From the NCBI GenBank assembly GCA_963844715.1, contig CAWJPJ010000008.1:1-64000 (forward strand): a stretch of 64,000 nt of DNA, written 5' to 3'. Within the stretch, counting starts at the first letter, position 1; every line of letters starts with the position of its first letter. This stretch comes from an uncultured Phycisphaerales bacterium (GTDB taxonomy: Bacteria > Planctomycetota > Phycisphaerae > Tepidisphaerales > Tepidisphaeraceae). Position numbers and translations under genes: made by a program. This document shows positions 41,671 to 52,135 of this stretch, piece after piece. A model generated the notes under the pieces. The model saw only the letters and a program-made list of their open reading frames with translations. It had not been told where the DNA came from and searched no databases.

Positions 41671-44600
41671 CCTGTAAGGCGACTTGACTGCGCCGGCTGA
41701 GCAAACGGAACATCGATGGCACGAATATCAGCGTGGCGAACGTTGCAAAGAGCAATCCGCCGATGACCGCGCGGGCCAGCGGCGCGTTCTGCTCGCCGCC
41801 TTCGCCGACGCCCAGGGCCATGGGGATCATCCCTAGGATCATAGCTCCCGCCGTCATGAGAACCGGCCGAATACGCATATATCCCGCGGTAATCGCCGCG
41901 CTGGAGCTGTCGTCGCCCGCTTCGAGGCGATCATTGGCAAACGTGACCACCAGGATGCTGTTGGCGGTGGTTAGGCCGATGCACATCAGCGTGCCCATCA
42001 ATGCAGGGACGCTGATATGCGTCTGCGTGAAATAGAGCATCCACATCACGCCCCCCAGGGCAAAAGGCACGGCCAGTAATACGATGATCGGATCGAGCCA
42101 GCTCTGAAATTTGACGACCATCAAAAGATAAACAAGCACGACCGCCAAGGCCATGCCGGAAAAGAGGCCGTTGAAGCTGGTTCGCATCGTTTCGGCCTGC
42201 CCGGACAAATTGACCTTCATCGCGCTCGAGGCGGGAGGCTGATCGCGGTCGATCACTTCCTGAATGGCGTCGGTGGCGCTCTTCATGTCGCGGCCTTGCA
42301 CGTCCGCGTTGACGTCAAAGACCGGGCGGATGTTGGATTGCGAGATCACCATCGGGATCGTGGAGCGTCCAAAGCTCGCGATATTCGTCAGCAACTGCGA
42401 GCGGCTATCGGTATCCGTCGCCAGCGGGATATCCTTGATGTCCTGGATGGAATTCATCTTATACGTCGCTTCCTGGACCACCAGCGGATAACTGACGCTG
42501 TTGCGCGGATTGACCCAAAAATTGGGGGCGATCTGCGCGCTGTTGTTGAGGGAGACGAGGAGATCGGCGGCGGCGTTCTGCTGGCTCAGGCCGACGTCCT
42601 GCGCCAAGGTCCGATCCACGTCCACGCTCAGAGCCGGCGCATCCGGAACCTGGAAGACGTGCGAATCGACGATCCCCGGCACGCTCTGAATGTCATGCGC
42701 CAACTTCGAGGCGACCGCATAAACCCGATCGTTGTCCGGGCCCGTAATGCGAATATCGATCGGTGCCGGCTGCCCAAAATTCAGCACCTGATTGACAATG
42801 TCCGCCGGCTGGAAGAAGAACTCCATGCTGGGGAATCGCTTCGGCAAATCCCGGCGCAAATCTTTCATGTGCTCGGCGGTGGGGGTGTGCTTCTTGTTCA
42901 GGGAGATGAGGATTTCCCCGTCCATGGGACCGACGGTGGCGGAATCGCTCAGCGCGATGTTGATCCCGCTGTAGGGGAGCCCGATGTTGTCCAGAATCAC
43001 ATCAATCTGATCGTTCCCGACGATCTGGCGGATGGCGGTCTCGACCTGGGCGAAATCAGCCTGCGTGGTTTCGATGCGCGTACCGGGCGGGCAGCGGACG
43101 TGGAGGCGCATCTGCCCGGCGTCAACCTGCGGGAAAAAATCCTCGCCCAGTAGCGGGAACAAAAGGCAGGAGACAGCCATGAGAGCCAGAAAAAAAGCGA
43201 TGGTGGGCATCGGCCGGGATACGCACCAGGTTAAGGTTGTCTTGTAAGTCTCGCGGAAATAATTGAACCCCCGGTCGAAGCCGCGGTGGCACAGCCTCAG
43301 GGGATTTTTGGTCTTATGGTGCCTGTGAGTCGGGTCGTGATCCTGATGCGTCTGCATGTGCCGGCGCATGAGATATTTGAACAGGACCGGCACCAGCGTG
43401 AACGATAGCGCCAGGCTCGCCAGCAGCGAGATGCACACCGACATGGCCAGCGGGCTGAAGAGATATTTGGCCGTTCCCTGAAGCAGGAAAATGGGGACGA
43501 AGACGATGCAGATGGCCAAAGTCGAGAGGAGCGTGGGCACGGCGATCTCGGCAGAGCCTTCGAGAATCGCCGATTCGATCTGCTTTCTAAGCATAACCAG
43601 ATGGCGTTCGACGTTTTCAATCACGACGGTCGAGTTGTCGACGAGAATGCCGACCGCCAGCGCGAACCCCCCGAGGGTCATGGTATTGAGCGTTTCACCC
43701 ATGCAATACATGACCAGGATCGCGGCGATGATCGAGAGGGGGATCGACGCGAGGATGATGACAGTCAATCGCCAATTTCCCAGGAAAAGCAGGATCATCA
43801 GCGCGGTCAGCCCGGCGGCCATGGCGCCGCCCATCAGGACGCTGTTAAGCGATGCCTTGACGAAAATGGACTGATCGAAGATCGGCTTGATGTCGACGCC
43901 TTTAGGCAGGAGGAGCCGCAAATCCGGCAGGACGTCCTTGACGCCGTTGACGACCGCCAGCGTTGAGCTGCCGCCGGTTTTGCGGACCATCATGAGGCTG
44001 CCTGGCCGGCCGTTCTCGGTCACGGAATTGGTCTGAATCTGGAACCCATCGTGGACGTGGGCGACGTCGCGGATGAAAACCATTTTTCCGTCCACATCTT
44101 TGACCGGGAAATTATTGATGGTTGTGATCAGATTCGGGCTGTTGTTCATGGATACGGTGTAATCGCGATGCCCAAGCTTGACGTCGCCGGAGGGGAGGAT
44201 GACGTTTTGCTTCATCAGGACGTCGCTCACGTCGGTGGGGGAGAGGCCGCGGGCCTGCATGGCGTCTTTGTTCAGATCGACCATGATGACGCGCGGCTTG
44301 CCGCCATACGGGTACGGGACTGACGCCCCCTGCACGACGGCCAGGTCCGGGCGGATGATGTTCTGGCCCAGATCGTTCAGCCGCGTGTCGGATAGCGATC
44401 CGCTCGACACGCTCAATTCGATGATCGGTACGTCGGTTGCGCCATAACGAAGAATGAGCGGCGGCGTGATGTTCCGCGGCATGTATTTGAGAACAACCAG
44501 AGCGCTGCTCCCCAGCTGGGCGACCGCGCGGGTGACATCCGCTCCCTCATGCAGATAGACCTTGATGACGCCGACGCCCTGGTAGCTGTTGGATTCGATT

Positions 44601-44839
44601 CGTTCGATGTTGTCGACCAGCGAGGCAAGCTGCCGTTCGTGGAGCACGACGATGCGGTTTTGAATGTCCTCGGGGCTCATCCCGTTGTAGGTCCAGACGA
44701 CGCTGACGACGGGGATGTCGATCTCGGGGAAGATGTCGGTGGGCATGCGGAGCGCGGCGCCGACGCCGAGCAGAGCGACGAGAATGAGCGCCGCAAAGAT
44801 CGTGTAGGGGCGTTTGAGGGCAAACGCGACGATGGACAT
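41648..44839 (-). CDS. RND efflux permease (AcrB-like superfamily)
   Basis: 1063 aa; DIFPEIDIP, LAVGILVD...V.EN, RIRPVLMT, APLARAVIGGL. Confidence 0.95.
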   Translation of the reverse strand: MSIVAFALKRPYTIFAALILVALLGVGAALRMPTDIFPEIDIPVVSVVWTYNGMSPEDIQNRIVVLHERQLASLVDNIERIESNSYQGVGVIKVYLHEGADVTRAVAQLGSSALVVLKYMPRNITPPLILRYGATDVPIIELSVSSGSLSDTRLNDLGQNIIRPDLAVVQGASVPYPYGGKPRVIMVDLNKDAMQARGLSPTDVSDVLMKQNVILPSGDVKLGHRDYTVSMNNSPNLITTINNFPVKDVDGKMVFIRDVAHVHDGFQIQTNSVTENGRPGSLMMVRKTGGSSTLAVVNGVKDVLPDLRLLLPKGVDIKPIFDQSIFVKASLNSVLMGGAMAAGLTALMILLFLGNWRLTVIILASIPLSIIAAILVMYCMGETLNTMTLGGFALAVGILVDNSTVVIENVERHLVMLRKQIESAILEGSAEIAVPTLLSTLAICIVFVPIFLLQGTAKYLFSPLAMSVCISLLASLALSFTLVPVLFKYLMRRHMQTHQDHDPTHRHHKTKNPLRLCHRGFDRGFNYFRETYKTTLTWCVSRPMPTIAFFLALMAVSCLLFPLLGEDFFPQVDAGQMRLHVRCPPGTRIETTQADFAQVETAIRQIVGNDQIDVILDNIGLPYSGINIALSDSATVGPMDGEILISLNKKHTPTAEHMKDLRRDLPKRFPSMEFFFQPADIVNQVLNFGQPAPIDIRITGPDNDRVYAVASKLAHDIQSVPGIVDSHVFQVPDAPALSVDVDRTLAQDVGLSQQNAAADLLVSLNNSAQIAPNFWVNPRNSVSYPLVVQEATYKMNSIQDIKDIPLATDTDSRSQLLTNIASFGRSTIPMVISQSNIRPVFDVNADVQGRDMKSATDAIQEVIDRDQPPASSAMKVNLSGQAETMRTSFNGLFSGMALAVVLVYLLMVVKFQSWLDPIIVLLAVPFALGGVMWMLYFTQTHISVPALMGTLMCIGLTTANSILVVTFANDRLEAGDDSSSAAITAGYMRIRPVLMTAGAMILGMIPMALGVGEGGEQNAPLARAVIGGLLFATFATLIFVPSMFRLLSRRSQVALQDGARATA

Positions 44840-45340
44840 TTAATGGACTCCGCGGATGTAAGAAGATTCGGCAGTCCGAGCGGCCGCGAACAGGTCAAAC
44901 ACCGGAATTAGTGAGCCATCCCTCCGCACGAGAGGGCTCAACATCCCTTTTCTGGATGAATTAGAAGTCAGGCCGAATTGTAGCAGCAACGGGCGAAATC
45001 CTCGGCTCTCTATCCATAAATTCACACCGAAATACACCATTGGTTGCAAGAATATCGGCGCAGGTGGATTTCCCTAATTAACGGTAGATAAGAAAGTTAA
45101 ATCTTAATCCTATATGCTTCGTAGGAAATCGGATCGATTTTCCGCTTGGCGCATCGGGTCCCACCCGGTATATAGTATATAAATACGGTAGGAATAGTAT
45201 TATTTACCGTGGATTTCAGTCAATTGGAGCGGAAATGATTCGCCGCCTAATAATCGCCATGGCAGACTGTTGCGATTAGACGATAATTTTTCCGTTCCTT
45301 CCTGCCTCTAACAAACCCAACCCCGAAGCAAGGAGAAGAG

Positions 45341-46819
45341 ATGAAAAACCCAGGGCATGTTCCATCCATTTTTCATGAACGGATCCATCAGCGCCCGGTC
45401 ATTCTGGCGATGATCGCCGGCGGCCTGCTTGGGGCCGCGTCGTTCGCTCGTGGCGATTCCGTCCAGCCGACGTCGCGCCCCTCGGACCAGGATCAGAACA
45501 CCGCGGAGCTTCGCCAGGAGATCAATGCGCTCAACGCCAAGGTCGATCGCCTGGAATCCAAGGAGCAAAGCGCCGCCGTTCCGGCGACCCAGCCGGTGGC
45601 GGTCGTCACCTCAAACTCGGCGCAGCCGGACCTTTTTGCCACCCAGGACTTCGCCACCGGTTACGATCCGCTGGTCGGGTTTGTGATTCGCAGCGATGAC
45701 AACGAGTTCTCTTTGCATCCCGGCGCGGTGGTGGATTTACGCTATATGGCGACTTACCGCGAGAAACTTGCGCCCGGCAACGGCAGCGCGGTTCCCGGGC
45801 CGCGGTACGACACGGCGAACGGCTTTGAAGTCAGCCGGGCGCGATTGACCCTCGACGGCAACTTCACAAGCAATTTCACCTACTTCATTCAGGCCCAGGC
45901 CGACGAAGGCGCCACCCCCGGATTGCTCGACGCCTACGGCAAATATCATTTTTCCGATACGCCTTTTGCTCTGAAATTTGGCCAATTCAAGGATCCCGTC
46001 TGGCATGAAAGAAATCTGTCCGAAGCGTCGTTATTGGCGGTGGATCGCACGCTGGTGGAGGATTTGATCGGCGGCGGGCAGACCAGCCGCGTGCAGGGCG
46101 TCGGAGTCGTTTATGACCAGGATCAGCTCCGCGACCAGCTCATCTTCCACAACGGCTTCAACAGCCTTAACTCCAAGTTCTACGACACCGGCGGCATCGG
46201 CACGGGTGTCGGCGGGGGAGCAGGCGTCACGCCAACGAATTTCGGCGTCAGCGACCGCGGCGAGTGGCTCGTCATCGGCGACAGAACCCCCGACCTGCAT
46301 CCCTATCGCCAATACGACGGCGGCTTCACCGCCCTCGGCGCTCAGCAGAACATTCTCGTCGCAGGCATCGGCGGCGATTACTCCCAGTCCGGCTCCAACA
46401 GCGTCCTCTTCCACACCGCCGACCTCACCTATCAGAACGTCAACGGTTTCTCCGCGTATGGCGGTTATCTGGGCTCCTATCGAGACCTGGTGCACAACCA
46501 GGGCGTAACGCCGGGCATTTATTACGATCCCGGTTTCGAGGCTCAGGCCGCTTATCTGGTGACCGATCAGATCGAGCCATTCGCGCGGTACGACTACACC
46601 TATCTTCCTCTGGGATCGACGACCGGCCTGGCGACCGGCGAAGTGCAGGAGATCACCGCGGGCGTGAACTACTACATTCACAAGCAGAATATCAAGCTCA
46701 CGTTCGACGCCTCTTGGCTCCCCAACGGTTCCCCGCTCGACGTGACGACGCTTGGAGTTCTAAAGGACAGCGGGCACAACGAGGTCGTCCTCCGTGCCCA
46801 GCTTCAGTTCGCCCTGTAA
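45341..46819 (+). CDS. Outer-membrane porin, paralogue 2
   Basis: Signal peptide, coiled coil, GFEVSRARL..DGN, GQFKDP, EITAGVNYY, C-terminal QLQFAL. Confidence 0.75.
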   Translation: MKNPGHVPSIFHERIHQRPVILAMIAGGLLGAASFARGDSVQPTSRPSDQDQNTAELRQEINALNAKVDRLESKEQSAAVPATQPVAVVTSNSAQPDLFATQDFATGYDPLVGFVIRSDDNEFSLHPGAVVDLRYMATYREKLAPGNGSAVPGPRYDTANGFEVSRARLTLDGNFTSNFTYFIQAQADEGATPGLLDAYGKYHFSDTPFALKFGQFKDPVWHERNLSEASLLAVDRTLVEDLIGGGQTSRVQGVGVVYDQDQLRDQLIFHNGFNSLNSKFYDTGGIGTGVGGGAGVTPTNFGVSDRGEWLVIGDRTPDLHPYRQYDGGFTALGAQQNILVAGIGGDYSQSGSNSVLFHTADLTYQNVNGFSAYGGYLGSYRDLVHNQGVTPGIYYDPGFEAQAAYLVTDQIEPFARYDYTYLPLGSTTGLATGEVQEITAGVNYYIHKQNIKLTFDASWLPNGSPLDVTTLGVLKDSGHNEVVLRAQLQFAL

Positions 46820-46906
46820 GTTCAAATGCTCCGCGATGAATTCGTTGCGGAGAGTTGAAAGTACGAAGACTCGGCCAATAAGATTTGGTTAAGACCAGGA
46901 GGTCTA

Positions 46907-47101
46907 ATGCCCAAATCTTTGGTCTCCGTTGCAATCGCGGCCCTGATGGCGGTCTGCGGCTTGTCGCTGACGGCGTGCCAGTCGACCAACACTTCCAGCG
47001 GCGTCTCCGCGGCGAATCCCAGCACGCAACCGTCCCCGCAAGTAGCCGAGGGTTACCGACATAACATCGGCAACGGCGCCTACGGCGAAGATGTGCCGTA
47101 G
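46907..47101 (+). CDS. Small lipoprotein
   Basis: AGGAGG RBS, lipobox LTAC, STQP linker. Confidence 0.7.
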   Translation: MPKSLVSVAIAALMAVCGLSLTACQSTNTSSGVSAANPSTQPSPQVAEGYRHNIGNGAYGEDVP

Positions 47102-47210
47102 TTTGCCCCGCCGCGCCCAGCTTCGGGTGGAATTGATATAATCGCAACCGCGCGCTTCCAGGAAGAAGCGCGATAGGTCGGGCCGCAACCGATTACAACG
47201 GGCATCTGAC

Positions 47211-47441
47211 ATGGCGCTGAGCGCACGCAATCAGTTTCCGGGGAAGGTGGTTTCGCTCAAGCGGGGTTCGGTGATGTCGGAAGTGATCGTCGACATCGGC
47301 GGGGGACACCGGATCGTTTCTCTGATCAGCACGTCTTCGGTGAAGCGTCTGAAATTGAAAGTCGGGAAGCCTGCGATCGCCGTGATCAAGGCGACGGAAG
47401 TCATCATCTCGACGGTCGTGGACAACACCATCAACGAGTAA
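47211..47441 (+). CDS. Molybdate-binding TOBE (Mop/molbindin) protein
   Basis: LSARNQFPGKV....G.V...V......IVSLIS..SV..L.L.VG....AVIKA. Confidence 0.9.
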   Translation: MALSARNQFPGKVVSLKRGSVMSEVIVDIGGGHRIVSLISTSSVKRLKLKVGKPAIAVIKATEVIISTVVDNTINE

Positions 47442-47445
47442 CCGT

Positions 47446-47832
47446 GTGCCGTCTTCCCGAACTAAAAAGACTCCGCGCCAGCCGGTCATACGCGGGCGCG
47501 TCTGGGTCGAGATCGGGGGCGTCTCGGCGATCACCGAGGCGGGTAGCGATCTGATCGAGCAGATCGAGGCGTGCGGGTCTTTGTCGGAAGCGGCGCGGCG
47601 ATTGGGGTTCAGCTATCGGCGCGCCTGGCTCCTCATGGATGGGATGAATCGCGCCTGGAACGAGCCGGTCATCAAAACCGCCACCGGCGGAACGCGCGGC
47701 GGGGGGGCCCGTGTGACGGAATTCGGCCGCCAGCTTCTCAGCAGCTACCGCGATATTCAGTTGCAAATGGAACATTTGCTGGATCGGGCAACACCCGGTT
47801 TTCGCACGGCGACGCGCCCTATAGTCCGATAA
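47446..47832 (+). CDS. ModE-type winged-helix regulator (HTH-only)
   Basis: L.EQI...GSLS.AA..LG.SYRRAW....MN......VI....GG..GGGA.VT..G. Confidence 0.88.
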   Translation: MPSSRTKKTPRQPVIRGRVWVEIGGVSAITEAGSDLIEQIEACGSLSEAARRLGFSYRRAWLLMDGMNRAWNEPVIKTATGGTRGGGARVTEFGRQLLSSYRDIQLQMEHLLDRATPGFRTATRPIVR

Positions 47833-47893
47833 TTTTCCCCATTTTGACCCCCAAATCGCCCCGCATGTTGAAACCGGGCCGCGATTTTGCCTT

Positions 47894-47917
47894 CGTTATA
47901 TACGCGCCGATATAACG
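47894..47917. promoter_or_regulatory. ModE operator
   Basis: CGTTATATA-CGCGCC-GATATAACG; 17/18 match to the palindrome CGTTATATA-N6-TATATAACG. Confidence 0.8.
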
Positions 47918-47944
47918 CCCCGACCACATTCAGGAGTTCCTTTT

Positions 47945-49366
47945 ATGCGTAACCGCGCAACCGGGCCGGTCATGGCTGTTTTGTTCGTTCTTGGCGCCAG
48001 CGCCGCGGCGCCGGCCGCACCGCAGACCCAGCCGAGCCCAGCCGAACTTCAGCAGAAGATCGACTCGCTTCAGCAACAGGTCGGGTCGCTCAATCTGGAG
48101 ATGCAGCAGCTCAAGAACCAGCCCAACGCCGCCCCATCCAACTCCCCGTCCAACGCGGCCGCGCAAAACCAGTCCAGCTCCCAGTCCCCCTTGCCCGACG
48201 AACTCGTCGCGCCGTCTCAGTCGGCGGCCGCAACAACGCAGCCCAGCGCAGCCGAACCCGAACCGCGCGCCGATGCCCTCGCCGTCGATGTCACTTTCGA
48301 TACCAACAAAGGATTATGGTTTACCAGCGGAAATGGAGACTTCGCGATTCACCCGTTCACCCTGCTGCAAATTAGAAACACCACGGATCTTCGCCAGCAC
48401 AACGCGACCAACGATCAATATGACGCGCAAAACGGCTTCGAAATCCGCCGCATGCAATTGGGCGCCGAGGGAAACGCCTTTACTCCCGACCTGAGCTTTC
48501 GCATCTTCATTCAGACCGATCGTTCGGGCGGCGATGCCTCGTTGTTTGACGCGTGGCTGAAATATCATTTCCACGATACGCCGTTTTATATCGAAGGCGG
48601 GCAGTTCAAGTCCCCATTCGCCCACGAACAGATGATCTTCGATCGAACCATGATGGCGGCCGACCGAACCCTGACCGACGATATTCTGTCGGACGGCGAA
48701 GCCTTCAGCCAGGGCGTCATGGGGATTTACCAAACCGATGCCATCCGCGCCAAACTTCAATTCACCAACGGATACGGCACCAACGACGTCAACTTCGAAG
48801 ACCCCGCCTCGCGCCCGGGTTACTTTGGCGTCGGCACGCGCGACGAACTTAAACTCATGGGCAAATGGAGTGATTACGACCAATTCACCTCGCTCGGCGA
48901 CAGCTCGAACCTGCTCGTCGGCGGCATCGGCTGCGATGAAACCCAGGTCAACCCCGGCAATGTCCTTCACGGAACCGCCGACGTGCAGTGGAACGACGGC
49001 CCGCTTGGACTCTACGGCTCCTACGTCGGCCGCTACACCTCGCAAAACGGCGCGGCCGGGGATACCTACGACTACGGCCCGATGGTCCAGGCCAGCTATC
49101 TTTTGGACCCGCGCCATCTGGAAGTCTTCGGCCGATTTGATTACCTCAAATTCGACGGCAAGGAATTTGCCGCCGGCACCAACACCAACATCGATGAAAT
49201 CACCGCCGGCATCAATTACTACTTCTTCGGACAAAATCTAAAGTTCACCACCGACGCCACCTATCTGCCCAACGGCTCCCCCGTCGACGACAACGGCTCG
49301 GGCGTCCTGGTCAGCAGCGGAGGCAGCGAATGGGTCTTCCGCGTGCAAATGCAATTCGCGCTGTAA
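47945..49366 (+). CDS. Outer-membrane porin, paralogue 3 (ModE-box preceded)
   Basis: Signal peptide, coiled coil, GFEIRR.QLG.EGNAF, GQFKSPF, EITAGINYYF, QMQFAL. Confidence 0.78.
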   Translation: MRNRATGPVMAVLFVLGASAAAPAAPQTQPSPAELQQKIDSLQQQVGSLNLEMQQLKNQPNAAPSNSPSNAAAQNQSSSQSPLPDELVAPSQSAAATTQPSAAEPEPRADALAVDVTFDTNKGLWFTSGNGDFAIHPFTLLQIRNTTDLRQHNATNDQYDAQNGFEIRRMQLGAEGNAFTPDLSFRIFIQTDRSGGDASLFDAWLKYHFHDTPFYIEGGQFKSPFAHEQMIFDRTMMAADRTLTDDILSDGEAFSQGVMGIYQTDAIRAKLQFTNGYGTNDVNFEDPASRPGYFGVGTRDELKLMGKWSDYDQFTSLGDSSNLLVGGIGCDETQVNPGNVLHGTADVQWNDGPLGLYGSYVGRYTSQNGAAGDTYDYGPMVQASYLLDPRHLEVFGRFDYLKFDGKEFAAGTNTNIDEITAGINYYFFGQNLKFTTDATYLPNGSPVDDNGSGVLVSSGGSEWVFRVQMQFAL

Positions 49367-49477
49367 CCAGTCCTTCTTGCAGGGCTTTCCCCTCCCCGGA
49401 CACGCCCCGGGGATTTACGCTGGGTCACGCCGCGGGGCGCGGGCAATTCGCCCTCGCTTGGTTAGAATGCCGCCCGC

Positions 49478-50230
49478 GTGGCGGACGACGGCCAGTTTAT
49501 CTCTCTGCATCAAGTGCGCATGGCATACGCGGGGCGGCGCGTCTTCGATTCGCTCAGCTGCTCTTTTCCGCGCGGACGCGTTTCGGTGATCCTCGGTGGA
49601 AGCGGATCGGGCAAAAGCACCGTCCTGAGACTGGTCGGCGGTCTCATCCGCCCGCAGGCGGGATCCATCCTCGTCGATGGGACAGAGGTCAGCCGGCTTT
49701 CTTCACGCGGGCTCGCCCAGCTTCGTCGAAAACTGGGGATGATGTTTCAAGGCGGGGCGCTGCTCGATTCCTATACCGTGTTTGACAACGTGGCGCTCCC
49801 GCTCCGCGAACAGCGCATGCACAGCGATCAGGAGATTGACGCCGCGGTGCGCGAGATTTTGCAGGCGGTGGGCGTAAGCGATGCCGATGATCTGCTCCCC
49901 GGCGAGCTTTCCGGCGGGATGCTCCGGCGCGTGGCCCTGGCGCGGGCCATGATCCGCAAGCCGGAGGTCCTCCTCTGCGACGAGCCGTTTTCCGGCCTCG
50001 ATCCGGTGTCGATCCGGCGGCTGGAATCGGTCCTGCTCGAGATCAATCGGCAGTTTAAGATGACCCTGATCGTCGTTTCCCACGATATTCCCTCCACCAC
50101 ACGAATGGCCGACCGCACTGTCTTGATATTCAAGGATCGGGTATTGCAGGGAACCCCCGCCGAATTGCGGGCCAGCAACGACGCGGAAGCCGCGGAATTT
50201 TTCCGGGATGGACTGGCGATTGATGGTTAA
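49478..50230 (+). CDS. mlaF: Mla/Ttg2 ABC ATPase
   Basis: GGSGSGKST, FQGGALLDS, LSGGM.RRVALARA, DEPFSGLDP. Confidence 0.88.
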   Translation: MADDGQFISLHQVRMAYAGRRVFDSLSCSFPRGRVSVILGGSGSGKSTVLRLVGGLIRPQAGSILVDGTEVSRLSSRGLAQLRRKLGMMFQGGALLDSYTVFDNVALPLREQRMHSDQEIDAAVREILQAVGVSDADDLLPGELSGGMLRRVALARAMIRKPEVLLCDEPFSGLDPVSIRRLESVLLEINRQFKMTLIVVSHDIPSTTRMADRTVLIFKDRVLQGTPAELRASNDAEAAEFFRDGLAIDG

Positions 50231-50999
50231 TCCGGTTTCACAAGTCGGCAGCAAGGCCGTTCGCTTCGTCCAGGAATTGGGCGGGATGGCCGTCTTCTCG
50301 CTGGATGTCGCGCGGACGATCGTCTCGGCCCCGCTCCGCTTCGCCGCTCTCGTGCGCGAGATTTACAAGATCGGCGTCCTCTCGATCCTGATCATTTGCG
50401 TCTGCGGAATGGCGGTGGGGATGGTGCTCGGATTGCAGGGGCATCACACCCTGTCGCGATTCGGCGCGATGCGCTCTCTTGGGGCGCTGGTGGGCTTGAG
50501 CCTGATTCGCGAACTCGGGCCCGTATTGACGGCGCTGCTCGTTGCTGGACGAGCCGGCTCGGCGACGACCGCCGAGATCGGCGCGATGGTGGCCACCGAA
50601 CAACTCGACGGCTTGCGCATGCTCTCGGTCGATCCAATCAGCCTCGTCGTGAAACCCAAGGCCGTCGCGATGCTCCTGGTGATGCCGCTGCTGACCGCCC
50701 TGTTCATCGTTTGCGGGTTGTATGGAGGATATCTCGTTGGCGTGGGCTTCCTGTCCGGTGATCCCGGGAGTTATATGTCGAGCCTGCGCTCGGCCGTCGA
50801 TTTTCACAACGATATCGAATGCTGCGGGCTGAAGAGCGTGATCTTCGGATTGCTCGTCGGACTGATCGCGACCTATCGCGGTTACACCAGCAAACCCACG
50901 TCCGAAGGAGTCAGCGCGGCGACCACATCCAGCGTGGTGATCAGTTCCGTCACCGTGCTCTTGACCGATTACGTCATTACCGCACTATGGGGAATCTGA
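50223..50999 (+). CDS. mlaE: MlaE permease
   Basis: RELGPVLTALLVAGRAGSA.TAEIG.M..TEQLD, EGVSAATTSSVV. Confidence 0.92.
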   Translation: MVNPVSQVGSKAVRFVQELGGMAVFSLDVARTIVSAPLRFAALVREIYKIGVLSILIICVCGMAVGMVLGLQGHHTLSRFGAMRSLGALVGLSLIRELGPVLTALLVAGRAGSATTAEIGAMVATEQLDGLRMLSVDPISLVVKPKAVAMLLVMPLLTALFIVCGLYGGYLVGVGFLSGDPGSYMSSLRSAVDFHNDIECCGLKSVIFGLLVGLIATYRGYTSKPTSEGVSAATTSSVVISSVTVLLTDYVITALWGI

Positions 51000-51002
51000 A
51001 CC

Positions 51003-51486
51003 ATGAAACTTTCTCCAATACGCGATTTTATCGTCGGATTGTTCGTGCTGGCGGGCATCGCGGCGATCGCGTATCTCTCCATCAGCATCGGCGACCTGAA
51101 CTGGCACGGCCCCCAGGGGCTCAAGCTCTGGGCCGCATTTGATGAGACGGGGGGACTAGCGCTGCGGCGCCGGTGGTTGTCGCCGGTGTGCGGGTTGGCG
51201 AGGTTTCGGCAATTTCGCTTCAGGACGATCTTCGCGCCGGGTGGATATGAATCTCGATCCGTCGCTGAAATTGCCGACCGATACCTCGGCTTCGATCGTC
51301 ACCGCCGGAATTTTGGGAGACCGGTATATCGAATTGCAACCGGGCGCCGATGAAACCGTGCTGAAATCAGGCGACCAGATTAGCTATACCGAATCGGCGG
51401 TGATTCTCGAGCGCCTGATCGGGCAATTGATTTACGGCAAAACCGGGGGCGGGAAAACCACGACGGCGCCGGCGACCGCGCCCTAG
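51003..51486 (+). CDS. mlaD: MlaD MCE protein (frameshifts)
   Basis: VGLFVLAG, ASIVTAGILGDRYIEL.PG, ILERLIGQ. Confidence 0.85.
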
Positions 51487-51499
51487 GCTAAGGAAGAAA

Positions 51500-52135
51500 A
51501 TGATGAATCGAATCGCGGGGTTATGGGTATCGATGGGGCTGTTTTGCCTGTTGTCGGGGTTGCGCGTTGCCAGGGCGGACGACGCCACCACGCAGCCGTC
51601 GGCCCCGGCGGTGATGCAGAAAGTTTCACAGGATGTCCTGACCGTCCTGCGCAATAAGAGTCTTTCCCCCCAGCAAAAGCGCGACAAGGTGAGGGACATC
51701 GCCTATGCGAACATTAATTTTGAAATCATGGGCAAGCTGAGTCTTGGCCAGCCGTGGCGCGACATGAACGATGACCAGAAGTCGAAGTATGGGCAAGAAT
51801 TCAGGGATCTGGTCACCAACACCTATATTCATCTGATCGACAATTACACCGACCAGGACGTGAAAATCACCGGCGATCGGCAGGAGCAGGACGGCGATTG
51901 GACCGTGCAGACCAAAATCACAGGCACGCAAAACGGCCAGCCGAACCAGGAACTGGCCAAGGTCGATTACCGCCTGCGCAATCGCCAGGGGCAATGGAAA
52001 GTGATCGACTTCACTATCGAAAACGCGAGCCTGGTGTCTAATTACCGTGCGCAGTTCAAGGAGATCGTCTCCAACGGCGGGATCGACCATCTGATTCAAG
52101 TGCTACACGATAAGAATGCCGCCAATGAAAAGTGA
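51500..52135 (+). CDS. mlaC: MlaC periplasmic lipid shuttle
   Basis: LG..WR, F..L...Y, VDYRL....W..ID..IE..SLV.NYR.QF. Confidence 0.88.
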   Translation: MMNRIAGLWVSMGLFCLLSGLRVARADDATTQPSAPAVMQKVSQDVLTVLRNKSLSPQQKRDKVRDIAYANINFEIMGKLSLGQPWRDMNDDQKSKYGQEFRDLVTNTYIHLIDNYTDQDVKITGDRQEQDGDWTVQTKITGTQNGQPNQELAKVDYRLRNRQGQWKVIDFTIENASLVSNYRAQFKEIVSNGGIDHLIQVLHDKNAANEK

